Below, piece after piece: positions 9,841 through 20,224 of a DNA stretch of 64,000 nt. The DNA is from a virus (taxonomy: Duplodnaviria; Caudoviricetes). The position numbers were made by a program, and so were the translations under genes. The notes beneath the pieces were generated by a model that was not told the DNA's origin, did not search any database, and worked only from the letters and a program-made list of their open reading frames with translations. Every line of letters begins with the position of its first letter. The stretch's first letter is position 1. The stretch covers positions 98,181 to 162,180 of IMG/VR virus record IMGVR_UViG_3300000439_000004; one strand, written 5' to 3'.

Positions 9841-9927
9841 TCTGACTTTTTTTGACTATATTTATTTTTTGTTAAGACTAACTACGATTTACTCGTAAGC
9901 TAATGTGTCAATTTAAAAGTAAAATAT

Positions 9928-12900
9928 ATGTCAGAAGTAATCTCACAGGAACTTATCGAAAGTTTCCTTAATGGTGGCGACCCCGAACAATTTATAGTCG
10001 GAGTAGAATTCAGTTACGCCACGAACAAAATTCACAAAATTATTCAAGACCCAGAAAAGGGTAAAATTGTAAAAATGGATTCATTTACACCATTCCTATG
10101 GGTTGGTGATTTGAATAATCAAAACTTTTACAACAACAATAAGTCACTTCAAAAACAAAAAATGGGTGAACATGGTATTCTAATTGAAAAATTGAATACC
10201 GGTGGTAATGAAAGACTTGAAAATGGTCATAAATTTTTAGTAAAAAGTATTAAAGGTTATGGTGATTTAATAAATTTCTTTAAACAAGGTGGAATAGATC
10301 CTTGGGGTGAAAAACATAGACACTTATTTACCATATTATCTCCTGTTGAACAATATTTAGTTCAAACAAAGAAACGTTTATTTAAAGGTATTGATGAATA
10401 TTCAGATGTTTATCGTTTTGTATTTGATATTGAAACCACTGGATTAGAACCTGAGACTTGTAATATCATATTGATTGGAGTTAAGGATAATCGTGGTTTA
10501 AATAGAACAATCTCTGCATTTGGTGAGGATGGTGAAAAGAAATGTATTGAAGAATTTTTCAAAATAATTAGAGATAAAAAACCAACAATTATTGGTGGTT
10601 ATAATTCCGCATCATTTGACTTTCCATTCATATTAAAAAGAGCCGAGATATTAGGTGTCAATGTGAAAGATTTAACCAAAATATTTACGGATGATGGAAT
10701 TAAACAAAGAGAAGGTGTTTTAAAACTCGCAAATGAAGTTGAACCATATACACAACATATTATATGGGGATTTAATATCATTGATATTTCACATGCGGTT
10801 AGAAGAGCACAAGCAATTAATTCAGAAATTAAGAAATGGGGATTAAAATATATTACCAAATATTTGGAAAAAGAAAAACCAAATCGGGTATATGTGGAAG
10901 GTGGTTCAATATCTAAGATATACTTGGATAATGAACAATATTATGTAAACCCAAAAACAGGTGGATATAGAAAAATGGGTTCTCCCGGTACTGAAAATTT
11001 ATTAAGTAAATATCCCGGTAAATTTGAGATATGGTCAGGTTCAAGAATTGTTGAACAATACCTTGATGATGACTTATATGAAACAATGTTAGTGGATGAT
11101 TCATTTAGTCAGTCTACATTTCTAATATCAAAACTTGTACCTACAACATATGAGAGAATTGCAACAATGGGTACTGCAACATTATGGAAAATAATAATGT
11201 TAGCATGGTCATACGAAAATAACCTTGCCGTACCATATAAGGCAGAACGTAGATCAATTACAGGTGGTCTTTCAAGATTATTAAAAGTTGGATATGCTAG
11301 GGATATTGTTAAATTTGACTATGCATCTCTTTATCCATCTATTCAACTTGTATATGATGTATTTCCTGAATGTGATATTATGGGTGTACAGAAATCAATG
11401 TTAAAGTATTTCCGTAACATTCGTATTAAGTATAAAAGACTTAAAGAAGTTCATGAAAAAACCGATCCTATATTAGCGGAATCATATGATAGAAAACAAT
11501 TACCAATTAAGATATTCATTAATGCTTACTTTGGTTCATTATCAGCACCACATGTATTTCCTTGGGGTGATATGGATAAGGGTGAAACAATCACTTGTGT
11601 TGGTCGTCAATGTTTACGTATGATGATTATGTTCTATTTGAAAAAAGGTTATGTACCTTTGGTAATGGATAGTGTAGAATATGATACCCCTATTTATCTA
11701 AAAGATATTGACGATAATTTGGTTATTTTGCCTATATGTGATTTATTTGATGATACCAAAAAAATAACATCTGAAATTGGTGAAAGAGATTTTTCTGAAA
11801 AAGAATATACTGTATTAACAAGAAGTGGTTGGAAAAATATTAATTATGTTTATAGACATGAAACTAATAAACCAATACATAAAATTGTAACTAAAAATAG
11901 ATTAGTTAATTGTACATCAGATCATTCATTATTTCAAAATGAAATCCAAATAAAACCATCTTCATTAAAAAGAGGTGATAAGATTGATATAATTGACATA
12001 CCTCTTTTAAAAAATGAAAATAATATGTCCACTGATATGGCGAAACTAATTGGTTTTTTTATTGGTGATGGTTCATCATATTATAAAAAGGTTAATAGGA
12101 CATACTCAAGTAAAAAATTGGGGTTACGTTCATATAGTTCATTTAAAGGAGAGTTTACATTAAATAATTCTAATATTGAACTATTGAATAGTATGGAAGA
12201 TTTAATAAAAAAAGAATTTAACATAGACTGTCCAATTAAAGATTATCGTTCACATTCAAAAGTTTTTAAATTAAAAACATCTAAAACTCTATTATCTAAA
12301 TGGTTTTCTGAAAAATGTTATACATCATATCGTGAAAAACAAATACCAAAAGAAATTTTAAATGGCAATATTGACATATTAAAATCATTTATGGATGGGT
12401 TTTATTTGGCAGATGGTTGGGGGAATGATTTCAATGAACCTAAAGATATTACACAGAAATCTAAAGTATGTTTAGCAGGAATATCTTATATTTTAAATAG
12501 ATTAGGTGTCAATTATATAATATCAATAAGAAAAGATAAACCTAAAATAAGTTCCTTAATTTTAGGTACTGAAAAAAAAGATGTTTACTATAAATTAAAC
12601 AATGAAAAATCAAAAAGAAAAGAAAACGAAGTATGGTTTAATGAAATACAAGAAAACAGTAATAAATTTGTTTATGATATCTCAACTGAAGATGGTACAT
12701 TTGTTGGTGGTATTGGTGGTATTATATTAAAAAACACCGATGGTGTTAACTTTGAAACACCTGAAGATATAGAAGATCACGTTTATATAGGTAAGGGTTT
12801 AAATGAATTGGTAGAAGAAGGAAAAGAATATCGTGGTATTAAAGCGGATACTGCTGAGTTTAACGATATTTTTATGAGAAATGAAATGGGTTTAGATATT

Positions 12901-13887
12901 GACTATGTTGCAAAATCTTGTATTAATGTGTCAAGAAAAAACTACATTATTAAAATGGAGAAAAAAGGTAAGGAAAAAATTAAACTTACCGGTAATACCA
13001 TAAAATCTAAGAAACTACAACAATATATTGTGGAATTCTTAGATGAAGGATTAAAATTTTTATTAAATGGCGATGGATTATCTTTTGTTGAGTTGTATTA
13101 TTCTTATGTGGAAAAGATATGTAATAAGGAAATCCCACTTTCCAAGATAGCAAATAAATCTCGTGTTAAACAAGGTGTTGAAGATTATAAGAAACATTGT
13201 AAAAAACAAACCAAATCAGGTTCTTTGATGTCAAGACAAGCACATATGGAATTAGTTATAATGAATAATTACCCTGCCGGTCTTGGTGAAACAATTTACT
13301 ATGTTAATAATGGTACTAAGAAATCTTCTGGTGATGTTCAAAAAATAAATAAACCAACTAAGAAACAGAACGAAGAATATCAAAATAAATATGGTGTTCC
13401 AATGCCGTCTGAATATATTGAAGTTAATTGTTATATGATACCTGAAAAGGAAATAATGGAAAATCCTGATATGGTTGGTGATTATAATGTTGCTCGTTAT
13501 TTGAATAATTTTAATAAACGTGTTGAACCGTTATTGGTTGTATTTAAACCTGAAATAAGAGAAGATATTTTAGTTGAAAACTTAGATGATAGACAATTCT
13601 TTACGAAACTTCAATGTGAATTAGTTAATGGTTTTCCATTAAAAGAAAGTGGTCAAGATAAGTTTGATGAAGTTATGACATTATCTGAAAGTGAAGTTGC
13701 ATTTTGGAACAGAGTTCGTAGAGATCCTTATTTCATGTACATTGAGGATAGTTTAAAACTTGCTGATCCATTTTGGGTTGAACATAATAGACGAGTTGTA
13801 AATTATGAAGAAGTTTCGACAACTAGTAATGAAGATGAATTATTAAATGATGATTCAGATTTAATGTTACATGCAAATCACGTTTAA
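9928..13887 (+). CDS. polB: Family B DNA polymerase with 3'-5' exonuclease and an intein
   Basis: FDIETTG, GYNSASFDFPFI, DYASLYPSI, KIFINAYFG, MD|TDG. Confidence 0.95.
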   Translation: MSEVISQELIESFLNGGDPEQFIVGVEFSYATNKIHKIIQDPEKGKIVKMDSFTPFLWVGDLNNQNFYNNNKSLQKQKMGEHGILIEKLNTGGNERLENGHKFLVKSIKGYGDLINFFKQGGIDPWGEKHRHLFTILSPVEQYLVQTKKRLFKGIDEYSDVYRFVFDIETTGLEPETCNIILIGVKDNRGLNRTISAFGEDGEKKCIEEFFKIIRDKKPTIIGGYNSASFDFPFILKRAEILGVNVKDLTKIFTDDGIKQREGVLKLANEVEPYTQHIIWGFNIIDISHAVRRAQAINSEIKKWGLKYITKYLEKEKPNRVYVEGGSISKIYLDNEQYYVNPKTGGYRKMGSPGTENLLSKYPGKFEIWSGSRIVEQYLDDDLYETMLVDDSFSQSTFLISKLVPTTYERIATMGTATLWKIIMLAWSYENNLAVPYKAERRSITGGLSRLLKVGYARDIVKFDYASLYPSIQLVYDVFPECDIMGVQKSMLKYFRNIRIKYKRLKEVHEKTDPILAESYDRKQLPIKIFINAYFGSLSAPHVFPWGDMDKGETITCVGRQCLRMMIMFYLKKGYVPLVMDSVEYDTPIYLKDIDDNLVILPICDLFDDTKKITSEIGERDFSEKEYTVLTRSGWKNINYVYRHETNKPIHKIVTKNRLVNCTSDHSLFQNEIQIKPSSLKRGDKIDIIDIPLLKNENNMSTDMAKLIGFFIGDGSSYYKKVNRTYSSKKLGLRSYSSFKGEFTLNNSNIELLNSMEDLIKKEFNIDCPIKDYRSHSKVFKLKTSKTLLSKWFSEKCYTSYREKQIPKEILNGNIDILKSFMDGFYLADGWGNDFNEPKDITQKSKVCLAGISYILNRLGVNYIISIRKDKPKISSLILGTEKKDVYYKLNNEKSKRKENEVWFNEIQENSNKFVYDISTEDGTFVGGIGGIILKNTDGVNFETPEDIEDHVYIGKGLNELVEEGKEYRGIKADTAEFNDIFMRNEMGLDIDYVAKSCINVSRKNYIIKMEKKGKEKIKLTGNTIKSKKLQQYIVEFLDEGLKFLLNGDGLSFVELYYSYVEKICNKEIPLSKIANKSRVKQGVEDYKKHCKKQTKSGSLMSRQAHMELVIMNNYPAGLGETIYYVNNGTKKSSGDVQKINKPTKKQNEEYQNKYGVPMPSEYIEVNCYMIPEKEIMENPDMVGDYNVARYLNNFNKRVEPLLVVFKPEIREDILVENLDDRQFFTKLQCELVNGFPLKESGQDKFDEVMTLSESEVAFWNRVRRDPYFMYIEDSLKLADPFWVEHNRRVVNYEEVSTTSNEDELLNDDSDLMLHANHV
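11671..12735 (+). mobile_element. Cis-intein (355 aa, Ser1, LAGLIDADG) in the catalytic DTD motif
   Basis: MD|SVEYDTP..CTSDHSL..IGFFIGDGS..FYLADG..VYDISTEDGTF..LKN|TDG. Confidence 0.93.
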
Positions 13888-15005
13888 ATTACATTAATAG
13901 GTGAAGGCATTGCTCTGAACTTCAAAGATTTATTAAGATTCTCCGCCTCGTTAGCTTTACGTTCCATCATTTTATCGGGGCGGAGTCTTTCTAATCTAGT
14001 CATTAATTCTTCGGCTAATTTTAATTTTTCATCTTTTCCTTCAGTTAATAATGTTGTATAATCTAATTTAATTTCACTATCAGGTACTTTAAGATCACCT
14101 GAATATTTACCCCAAATTCTACCTAAACCTTCTTTAGAGTATGCAATTAAGTATTTTCTAACCCAATTTTGTGATGGATTATTTAATTTATCCCAAGTTA
14201 ATTGTTCAGTCATAACATCAGATGGTAATTTAATTACATCTCTATTAATATCCAAACAAGTATCTCTATCCATCGTATCATAATACCAATACCAAACTTG
14301 ATAATTACCATCATTTTCTTGATTTCCAAAATCAAATCTACCTCCTGGTACGTTATATAAATGAACATGTTTTGTTCCGTTTGGTCCAGCAGTAATTCTA
14401 TATGTTACATCACCACCAATTAAACGGTTTTTAATATTTCTATCACCCATTCTTAATAATAAGTCATACGCAGGCATCATAAAATATGACCCAGATGAAC
14501 CTTGTTGTGCAAAACCACCTATACCACCAAAACCTACTCCACCAAGGCCACCAAATCCACCTAAAAATGGATCAATAATTGAGTCAGATAAAGTGGCTCG
14601 AGTAAACCATAATAATTCATTAATTTCACGTCCTGCGGGTATTTCATATACTTGTTGATTATCTACAAGAGTAAAATAATCTTTTTTTAGTTCCCAAGGA
14701 CCATTCGACTGTAAACCAACAATTTTTGAATATGAATATGTGTATTGTGTTTCATAATCCAAACTTCTTGTTGTAAATGCACGAGTTAATGATTGGGTAT
14801 CAACATTAAGACCCATTAATGATGACCATTGTGATTCAATCAACCAATCACTAACATATTGTTCATATTCTGCAATGGATAATTCTAAAAAAGTATCCAT
14901 TTGTTCTTCTGTTAATTCAATACCACGAACTGGCATACCTAAAAGGTGGAAAACCTGTGTATATAATTTTTCTTTATCTATTGGACTAATGATGGTTGAT
15001 GACAT
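13884..15005 (-). CDS. Neck/head-tail connector protein (T4 gp13-like)
   Basis: LLGMPVRGIELTEEQMD..WVRKYLIAYSKEGLGRIWGKY.. Confidence 0.7.
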   Translation of the reverse strand: MSSTIISPIDKEKLYTQVFHLLGMPVRGIELTEEQMDTFLELSIAEYEQYVSDWLIESQWSSLMGLNVDTQSLTRAFTTRSLDYETQYTYSYSKIVGLQSNGPWELKKDYFTLVDNQQVYEIPAGREINELLWFTRATLSDSIIDPFLGGFGGLGGVGFGGIGGFAQQGSSGSYFMMPAYDLLLRMGDRNIKNRLIGGDVTYRITAGPNGTKHVHLYNVPGGRFDFGNQENDGNYQVWYWYYDTMDRDTCLDINRDVIKLPSDVMTEQLTWDKLNNPSQNWVRKYLIAYSKEGLGRIWGKYSGDLKVPDSEIKLDYTTLLTEGKDEKLKLAEELMTRLERLRPDKMMERKANEAENLNKSLKFRAMPSPINVI

Positions 15006-15008
15006 ATA

Positions 15009-15040
15009 TTTGTTTTATTAAATAAATATTACTATATTTG
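15009..15040 (+). promoter_or_regulatory. Bacteroidota-type promoter TTTG-N20-TATATTTG, overlapping a divergent TATTTAT motif
   Basis: tttg 15009-15012, tatatttg 15033-15040, ATG at 15046. Confidence 0.6.
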
Positions 15041-15045
15041 GTATT

Positions 15046-16020
15046 ATGACATTTAATGATTTCAAAACATTTTTTTCAAGTAACCTAAAATGGGTATATA
15101 GAGATAAATGTGATGCTGTTCTTAAAAGACAATACACTAAAATTGGTAAATATCGTTTTTGTGATAAAAATCAAAAATATGGTATCCTTGATAATGATGG
15201 TAGATGGGGGTTTGAAAATACCATAAATACTAATTCAAGATGTGCATTAGAATTATATAATATTTATCTTGAGTTTGGTAATGAAAAATTAGATTTTTTT
15301 GATAATACAGAATATTCAATTAATAAATTATGGAATTTTATTGAAGAAAACTTTGAATTATTGTTAACTTATAATATTGAAACAAAATACTATCATAGGT
15401 TTAGACTTATTTGTAATCTTTCTTGGTCAAGAGGTCAAATAACATCGGTTTTATTTTACCTAACTCATAAAAATATATTTCCTGACACTATTAAAACGAC
15501 TATTGAATTAGAAAGAGGTTTGTTTTTAGATTTAAAAGGAATTGATGGATTGTTAACACAAAAAGATGGGACTGATATAACGTTACAAATAAAAAGTGGA
15601 TCTTTTGAAAAGAAGAAACGATTTTATATAATTAATGGTGCTCAAAATGATTTTAATAGTCCCACTAATTATTATTGTTATATTAATATCGGTGAAAATA
15701 ATAACCAAATTATTGTTTTTGAAAATAAAAAAGAAAACATAATGTCAAATGGTAGTCAATGTATAATTGATGAAGAATTTGTAAAATATATAGATATGGA
15801 AAATAAAGAAAATATATCACAAAAATTAATGGAAATATTATTGTTTTGTTCAAAAAATAAATTTGTTTTTGAATTAAAAAATAATGAAGATGAAAATGGA
15901 TTTAAAATTGATACTGAACCTGAAAAAGTGGTAACAATTTCAATTAAAGATTTTGAAGATAAAGATTTATATGATTTATTGGAAGAGAACTTTAACTTAT
16001 TAAAGAATCTCCCCCAATAA
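15046..16020 (+). CDS. Hypothetical protein, possible PD-(D/E)xK nuclease fold
   Basis: DLKGIDGLL..TLQIKS. Confidence 0.45.
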   Translation: MTFNDFKTFFSSNLKWVYRDKCDAVLKRQYTKIGKYRFCDKNQKYGILDNDGRWGFENTINTNSRCALELYNIYLEFGNEKLDFFDNTEYSINKLWNFIEENFELLLTYNIETKYYHRFRLICNLSWSRGQITSVLFYLTHKNIFPDTIKTTIELERGLFLDLKGIDGLLTQKDGTDITLQIKSGSFEKKKRFYIINGAQNDFNSPTNYYCYINIGENNNQIIVFENKKENIMSNGSQCIIDEEFVKYIDMENKENISQKLMEILLFCSKNKFVFELKNNEDENGFKIDTEPEKVVTISIKDFEDKDLYDLLEENFNLLKNLPQ

Positions 16021-18846
16021 TTCTTTCGTAAAGGATTCTGAATATTCCCCGTCACCCATTACCTGATCTATAATGTTTTTCTTTTTATTCAACATATTAT
16101 AGATTATTCTTTCTATTGTATTATCAAATATTGGGTAATAAACCATGACACCCTTTTTTTGACCATATCTGTATGCCCTATCTTCTGCTTGTGAATGTAA
16201 TGCCGGTACAAATGCCAAGTCATTCATAATTACAACTTCCGCTGCAGTTAAAGTAATGCCAACACCACCAGCAACAATGTTAGAAATGAATATTTTTATT
16301 TTATCTTCATTTTGAAATTTATCAACACTTTCCTGTCTTTTTTCTTTTGACATTCTACCATCTAATATTACTGAATTTTTCTTGTATTTTTCATGTAACA
16401 TATCCAATGTCATTGTGAAATTAGTAAATACAATAACCTTTTTATCTTGTTCTAATGCTTTATCAATTAATTCACAAGTATAGTCTATTTTTTCAAATGA
16501 TATTACTTGTCTAATTTTCATTAAACGATTGATTGTAACGGTAATATTTTCATTATCCTTCTTTTCGTTAGAAATCCTCATGAAATCTTCCAACTCTTCT
16601 TCATAATAGGTACTTTTTAACTCCAAAAAAACTGGTGATATAAACTTCTCTGGCAAATCTAATATATCCGTCTTCATTCGTCTTAAAACAAGGTTTTTTG
16701 TACGTTCTCTTAGTTCATCTAAGTGACTAGCACCACTAGTATTCCATATTTTTTTACCATTTACAGTAAATTGAAATCCTTTACAATATCTTTTAACATA
16801 ACTTTGCCAATTAAGAGTTAAAGGTGATTCAACAATGTTCAAAAGATTAAAATAATTTATAGGTCTTGATGTCATGGGTGTACCAGTTAATAACCAAACT
16901 TTAGGTATTTTAGATAAAATATCATTTAATAGTTTAGTTCTATTTGCTGTGGTGTTTGAAATCATATGTGCTTCATCCACGATGGCTAAATCAAATTTTT
17001 CATTTTCTATTAAATTTAATTCAGGGTTTTCGTTACCTATTGCATGATAGTTTTTTATAATATCATAATTGATAATATAAAACTTAAATGTAGACCCCCA
17101 TTTTTTACCTTCGACAATTAAAACACGTTCATCTGAATAGTTTTTAATTTCTCTTAACCAGTTAATCTTTAATGATGCTGGACAAATAATTAATATTTTT
17201 TTTGCACCACTTTCTAATGATGCAATGGCAGCTGAGGTTGTATTATGTGTAACAATAGCATGTTCAGCAACATATAATTTATCAGGTGAATCAACTGAAA
17301 TACATGTGCATTCACTTTCACCATATTTTTCAATATTGGTAATATATCTACCCGTTGGATATTTTTTAGGTTCATTATATAATTCTAATTTTCGTTTTAA
17401 ACGAAATGGGTTCATACCTGGTGGTAATTTTATATTTAATCTATATGATATTTTACATTCAACTCTAACCCCGTTTTTTTTGTAAAAACTTCTTCTTGAC
17501 CTTTTTCTACATATACCACCTAAAGTATGTACAATTTCAGCAAGATCGTCACATAATTTTTCAGATACGGTTGAATATTCAGTTCCATTAAAATTACCAT
17601 TTTTTGATTTCATACAATGTCCATCAGTATCCATTAAACCTTGTAAAATAGATAAACGATTTTCAATTGATGAATATTTGTATATATCAGGTATAAATTT
17701 ATTATGTGATCGAGTATGTTCCAAATGTAGATCAAATAATGAATTTCCAACATTTATATAACCATTTCTTTTGTTATCTTGTGGTTTATTTTCTTTTAAT
17801 CCAAATAAACTAAATAAAGAATCATAATCATCTTTATGAACAGAAAATTTTATGTTTTTATTTTTAAATGACCCGTCACCCAATCCAAGTCCTAACAAAT
17901 AAGGATCAATCGGTAAAATATTTTTATTATCAAATTCTATTGGTTTAACAATTGGTATTTGCCACTTATTATTTCCATTGGGGGATTTATAATATGTTTC
18001 AATTTTGTAATCTCTATCTTCATTATAACCACTACCTTTTATTAAAATTTTCCCACCTTCAAACATTTGTTTAGTTGATAATACTAAAGATTTTTTTAAT
18101 CTATCATTTTTTCTATTTTTACCATAATTTGGAGATGAAACTGACCATAAATGTTCATCCCCACTTAAAATTGTATATCCATCATTAAAAGTTATTTTAT
18201 ACGTTTCTTTTTTACCTTGAGGAAATACACCAATTACATTACACGGTTTACCATTTGAACCGATTACCTTATCACCAATAACAATTTCACCCATTTTTTT
18301 CACACCTAACTCATTGTAAATCAATGTGTTATTGTCTAAAAATTTCCCTAAACCCATATCATCCGCTAATATGAATTTATCATTTGCCAATAATTTTTCA
18401 ATTGCAATTTTTTGATGATCCATTGGTGGTCTGGTACTATAAGGACTATAATCAATAACTCTATTTAACTTTTTTTCAGGTTGAACAATTGCCGCCTTTG
18501 GTAACCAAAATGCATGATTAACTTCGTGATCAAGATATTTTCCCCATATATGGTAAGCCTTATCGCTTTCACATAATAATTTTTCACACCAAATATGTTC
18601 CAATTTATCTAATAATAGACGTTCATCCATTATTTTTTCAGCGAAAGAATCAACTATTTTAATATGTTTTTTTGCTACTTTTGGTTCAACGTTATGGTAG
18701 TTTAATACATAATCTGATTGTGGGCGTGTCAATTTAAAGTTCTTAACAGACGTGAACTTGTTCTTCAATTCTAATAGATGGTTATTTGCACCACTATATT
18801 CTAATAATATTTCTCTAGCCCTGATTTCAGGAATTTTATTATTCAT
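16000..18846 (-). CDS. SNF2/SMARCAL1-like helicase with an intein in Walker A
   Basis: DDMGLGK|T, CPASL, DEAH, LTGTP, QAEDRAYRYGQ. Confidence 0.92.
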   Translation of the reverse strand: MNNKIPEIRAREILLEYSGANNHLLELKNKFTSVKNFKLTRPQSDYVLNYHNVEPKVAKKHIKIVDSFAEKIMDERLLLDKLEHIWCEKLLCESDKAYHIWGKYLDHEVNHAFWLPKAAIVQPEKKLNRVIDYSPYSTRPPMDHQKIAIEKLLANDKFILADDMGLGKFLDNNTLIYNELGVKKMGEIVIGDKVIGSNGKPCNVIGVFPQGKKETYKITFNDGYTILSGDEHLWSVSSPNYGKNRKNDRLKKSLVLSTKQMFEGGKILIKGSGYNEDRDYKIETYYKSPNGNNKWQIPIVKPIEFDNKNILPIDPYLLGLGLGDGSFKNKNIKFSVHKDDYDSLFSLFGLKENKPQDNKRNGYINVGNSLFDLHLEHTRSHNKFIPDIYKYSSIENRLSILQGLMDTDGHCMKSKNGNFNGTEYSTVSEKLCDDLAEIVHTLGGICRKRSRRSFYKKNGVRVECKISYRLNIKLPPGMNPFRLKRKLELYNEPKKYPTGRYITNIEKYGESECTCISVDSPDKLYVAEHAIVTHNTTSAAIASLESGAKKILIICPASLKINWLREIKNYSDERVLIVEGKKWGSTFKFYIINYDIIKNYHAIGNENPELNLIENEKFDLAIVDEAHMISNTTANRTKLLNDILSKIPKVWLLTGTPMTSRPINYFNLLNIVESPLTLNWQSYVKRYCKGFQFTVNGKKIWNTSGASHLDELRERTKNLVLRRMKTDILDLPEKFISPVFLELKSTYYEEELEDFMRISNEKKDNENITVTINRLMKIRQVISFEKIDYTCELIDKALEQDKKVIVFTNFTMTLDMLHEKYKKNSVILDGRMSKEKRQESVDKFQNEDKIKIFISNIVAGGVGITLTAAEVVIMNDLAFVPALHSQAEDRAYRYGQKKGVMVYYPIFDNTIERIIYNMLNKKKNIIDQVMGDGEYSESFTKELLGEIL
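17242..18342 (-). mobile_element. Cis-intein (367 aa), class 3 signature, Phe at position 1
   Basis: GK|FLDNNT..DEHLW..LGLGLGDG..GLMDTDG..CTCISV..VTHN|T. Confidence 0.9.
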
Positions 18847-18894
18847 AATAAAATATAATAAAATGGAATGACATTTTAAAGTATTTATAAGTAT

Positions 18895-18948
18895 ATGGAT
18901 AATAAATTACCTATCACGCGTCTTTCTAAATTAAAAATCTATTTATAA
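18895..18948 (+). pseudogene. Truncated relic 5' end of the head-completion gene at 19708
   Basis: MDNKLPITRLSKLKIYL* versus MSDSRIPITRLSKFISE. Confidence 0.8.
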
Positions 18949-18950
18949 TT

Positions 18951-19715
18951 ATGATAATTTATAAAACAACAAATATAATAAACAATAAAATTTATATCGG
19001 TCAAGATAAAAATAATAATCCTAATTACATTGGTTCTGGTAATCTAATAAAATATGCAATAAAGAAATATGGAAAAGAAAATTTTATTAAAGAAATTTTA
19101 TACTATTGTTTAACGATAAATGAGTTAAATGAAAAAGAACGTTTTTATATAAAACAATATAATTCTACCGATAAAAATATTGGTTATAATATTTCTGTTG
19201 GTGGAACGAATGGCGTGATGTTGTTTAGAAAACATACAAAAGAAACAATTGAAAAAATGAAAAATTCATCAATAGGTAAAAAAAAGTCAGAATCTCATTG
19301 TAAAAACATTGGATTATCTAAAAAAGGTAGAATAGTATCCGATGAAGAAAAAAGAAAAAGAAGTGAGAATAGTCCATTAAAGGGAATTAAAAAATTACCA
19401 ATGAGTGATGAAATTAAAAAAAAGATTAGTGAAACGAAAAAGGGTACTAAACATCGTAAAGAAACTATACTAAAATTAAGGGAATTAAATATTGGATCAA
19501 AAAATTATTTTTATGGTAAAAAACATTCAGAAGAATTTTTAAAATCTAAAAGGAAAAAAATAATACAAATTAGTTTAAATGATGAATTTATCAAAGAGTG
19601 GGAAAGTTTAAGTGAAGCAAGTAAAAACTTGAATATTTATGTAAGTAATATCTGTAATGTCTTAAAAGGAAGATATAAGACTACAGGTGGTTTTAAATTT
19701 ACATATTATGAGTGA
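18951..19715 (+). CDS. GIY-YIG homing endonuclease (Seg-like) with NUMOD3/NUMOD1 domains
   Basis: IIYKTTN..KIYIGQ..YIGSG; KHTKETIEKM repeats; C-terminal FIKEWESLSEASK..GGFKF. Confidence 0.9.
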   Translation: MIIYKTTNIINNKIYIGQDKNNNPNYIGSGNLIKYAIKKYGKENFIKEILYYCLTINELNEKERFYIKQYNSTDKNIGYNISVGGTNGVMLFRKHTKETIEKMKNSSIGKKKSESHCKNIGLSKKGRIVSDEEKRKRSENSPLKGIKKLPMSDEIKKKISETKKGTKHRKETILKLRELNIGSKNYFYGKKHSEEFLKSKRKKIIQISLNDEFIKEWESLSEASKNLNIYVSNICNVLKGRYKTTGGFKFTYYE

Positions 19716-20223
19716 TTCAAGAATTCCTATTACGAGACTTTCTAAATTTATTTCTGAAGATGATTTTCAACTCAATATTTCAATGGGGGAAGAATACCTT
19801 CATGGTGATTTAAATATGAAACTTGTATTATATAGGGTTGATAGACAAAAAACAGATATTGACAATGTATATGGTGAAGTTGGGATGGATGAAATTAAAT
19901 ATCAACCACCTGTTGAATTTAATGCTTTGGTTAAAATTATTGAACCAAAAAATAGTTCATATAAGGATGGTTTGGTAAGATATAATGAACCCGGAAATAT
20001 GACTGTATCAGTTTATATCAAACATTTAAATGATATGAAAATTGATATTAAATATGGTGATTATATAGGTTATCCTGAATCTGAAACAAAAACAAGATAT
20101 TATAGTGTTGTGGACGATGGAAAAGTAACTTCAGACAATAAACATACGATGTTCGGTTATAAACCTTTTTACAGGACTATAACTTGTTCACCTGTACAAG
20201 ACGGAGAATTTAGAGGAGTTTAA
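19708..20223 (+). CDS. Head completion/neck protein (gp14-like)
   Basis: Position before the terminator and sheath genes; VYGE motif; start overlaps the endonuclease stop (ATGAGTGA). Confidence 0.6.
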   Translation: MSDSRIPITRLSKFISEDDFQLNISMGEEYLHGDLNMKLVLYRVDRQKTDIDNVYGEVGMDEIKYQPPVEFNALVKIIEPKNSSYKDGLVRYNEPGNMTVSVYIKHLNDMKIDIKYGDYIGYPESETKTRYYSVVDDGKVTSDNKHTMFGYKPFYRTITCSPVQDGEFRGV

Positions 20224-20224
20224 T

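Noticed and set aside
19687-19707. Upstream starts given by the ORF track (19687, 6446, 58024, 60531)
   Set aside because: Downstream ATGs fit the promoter motif, gene overlaps and the duplicated N-termini better
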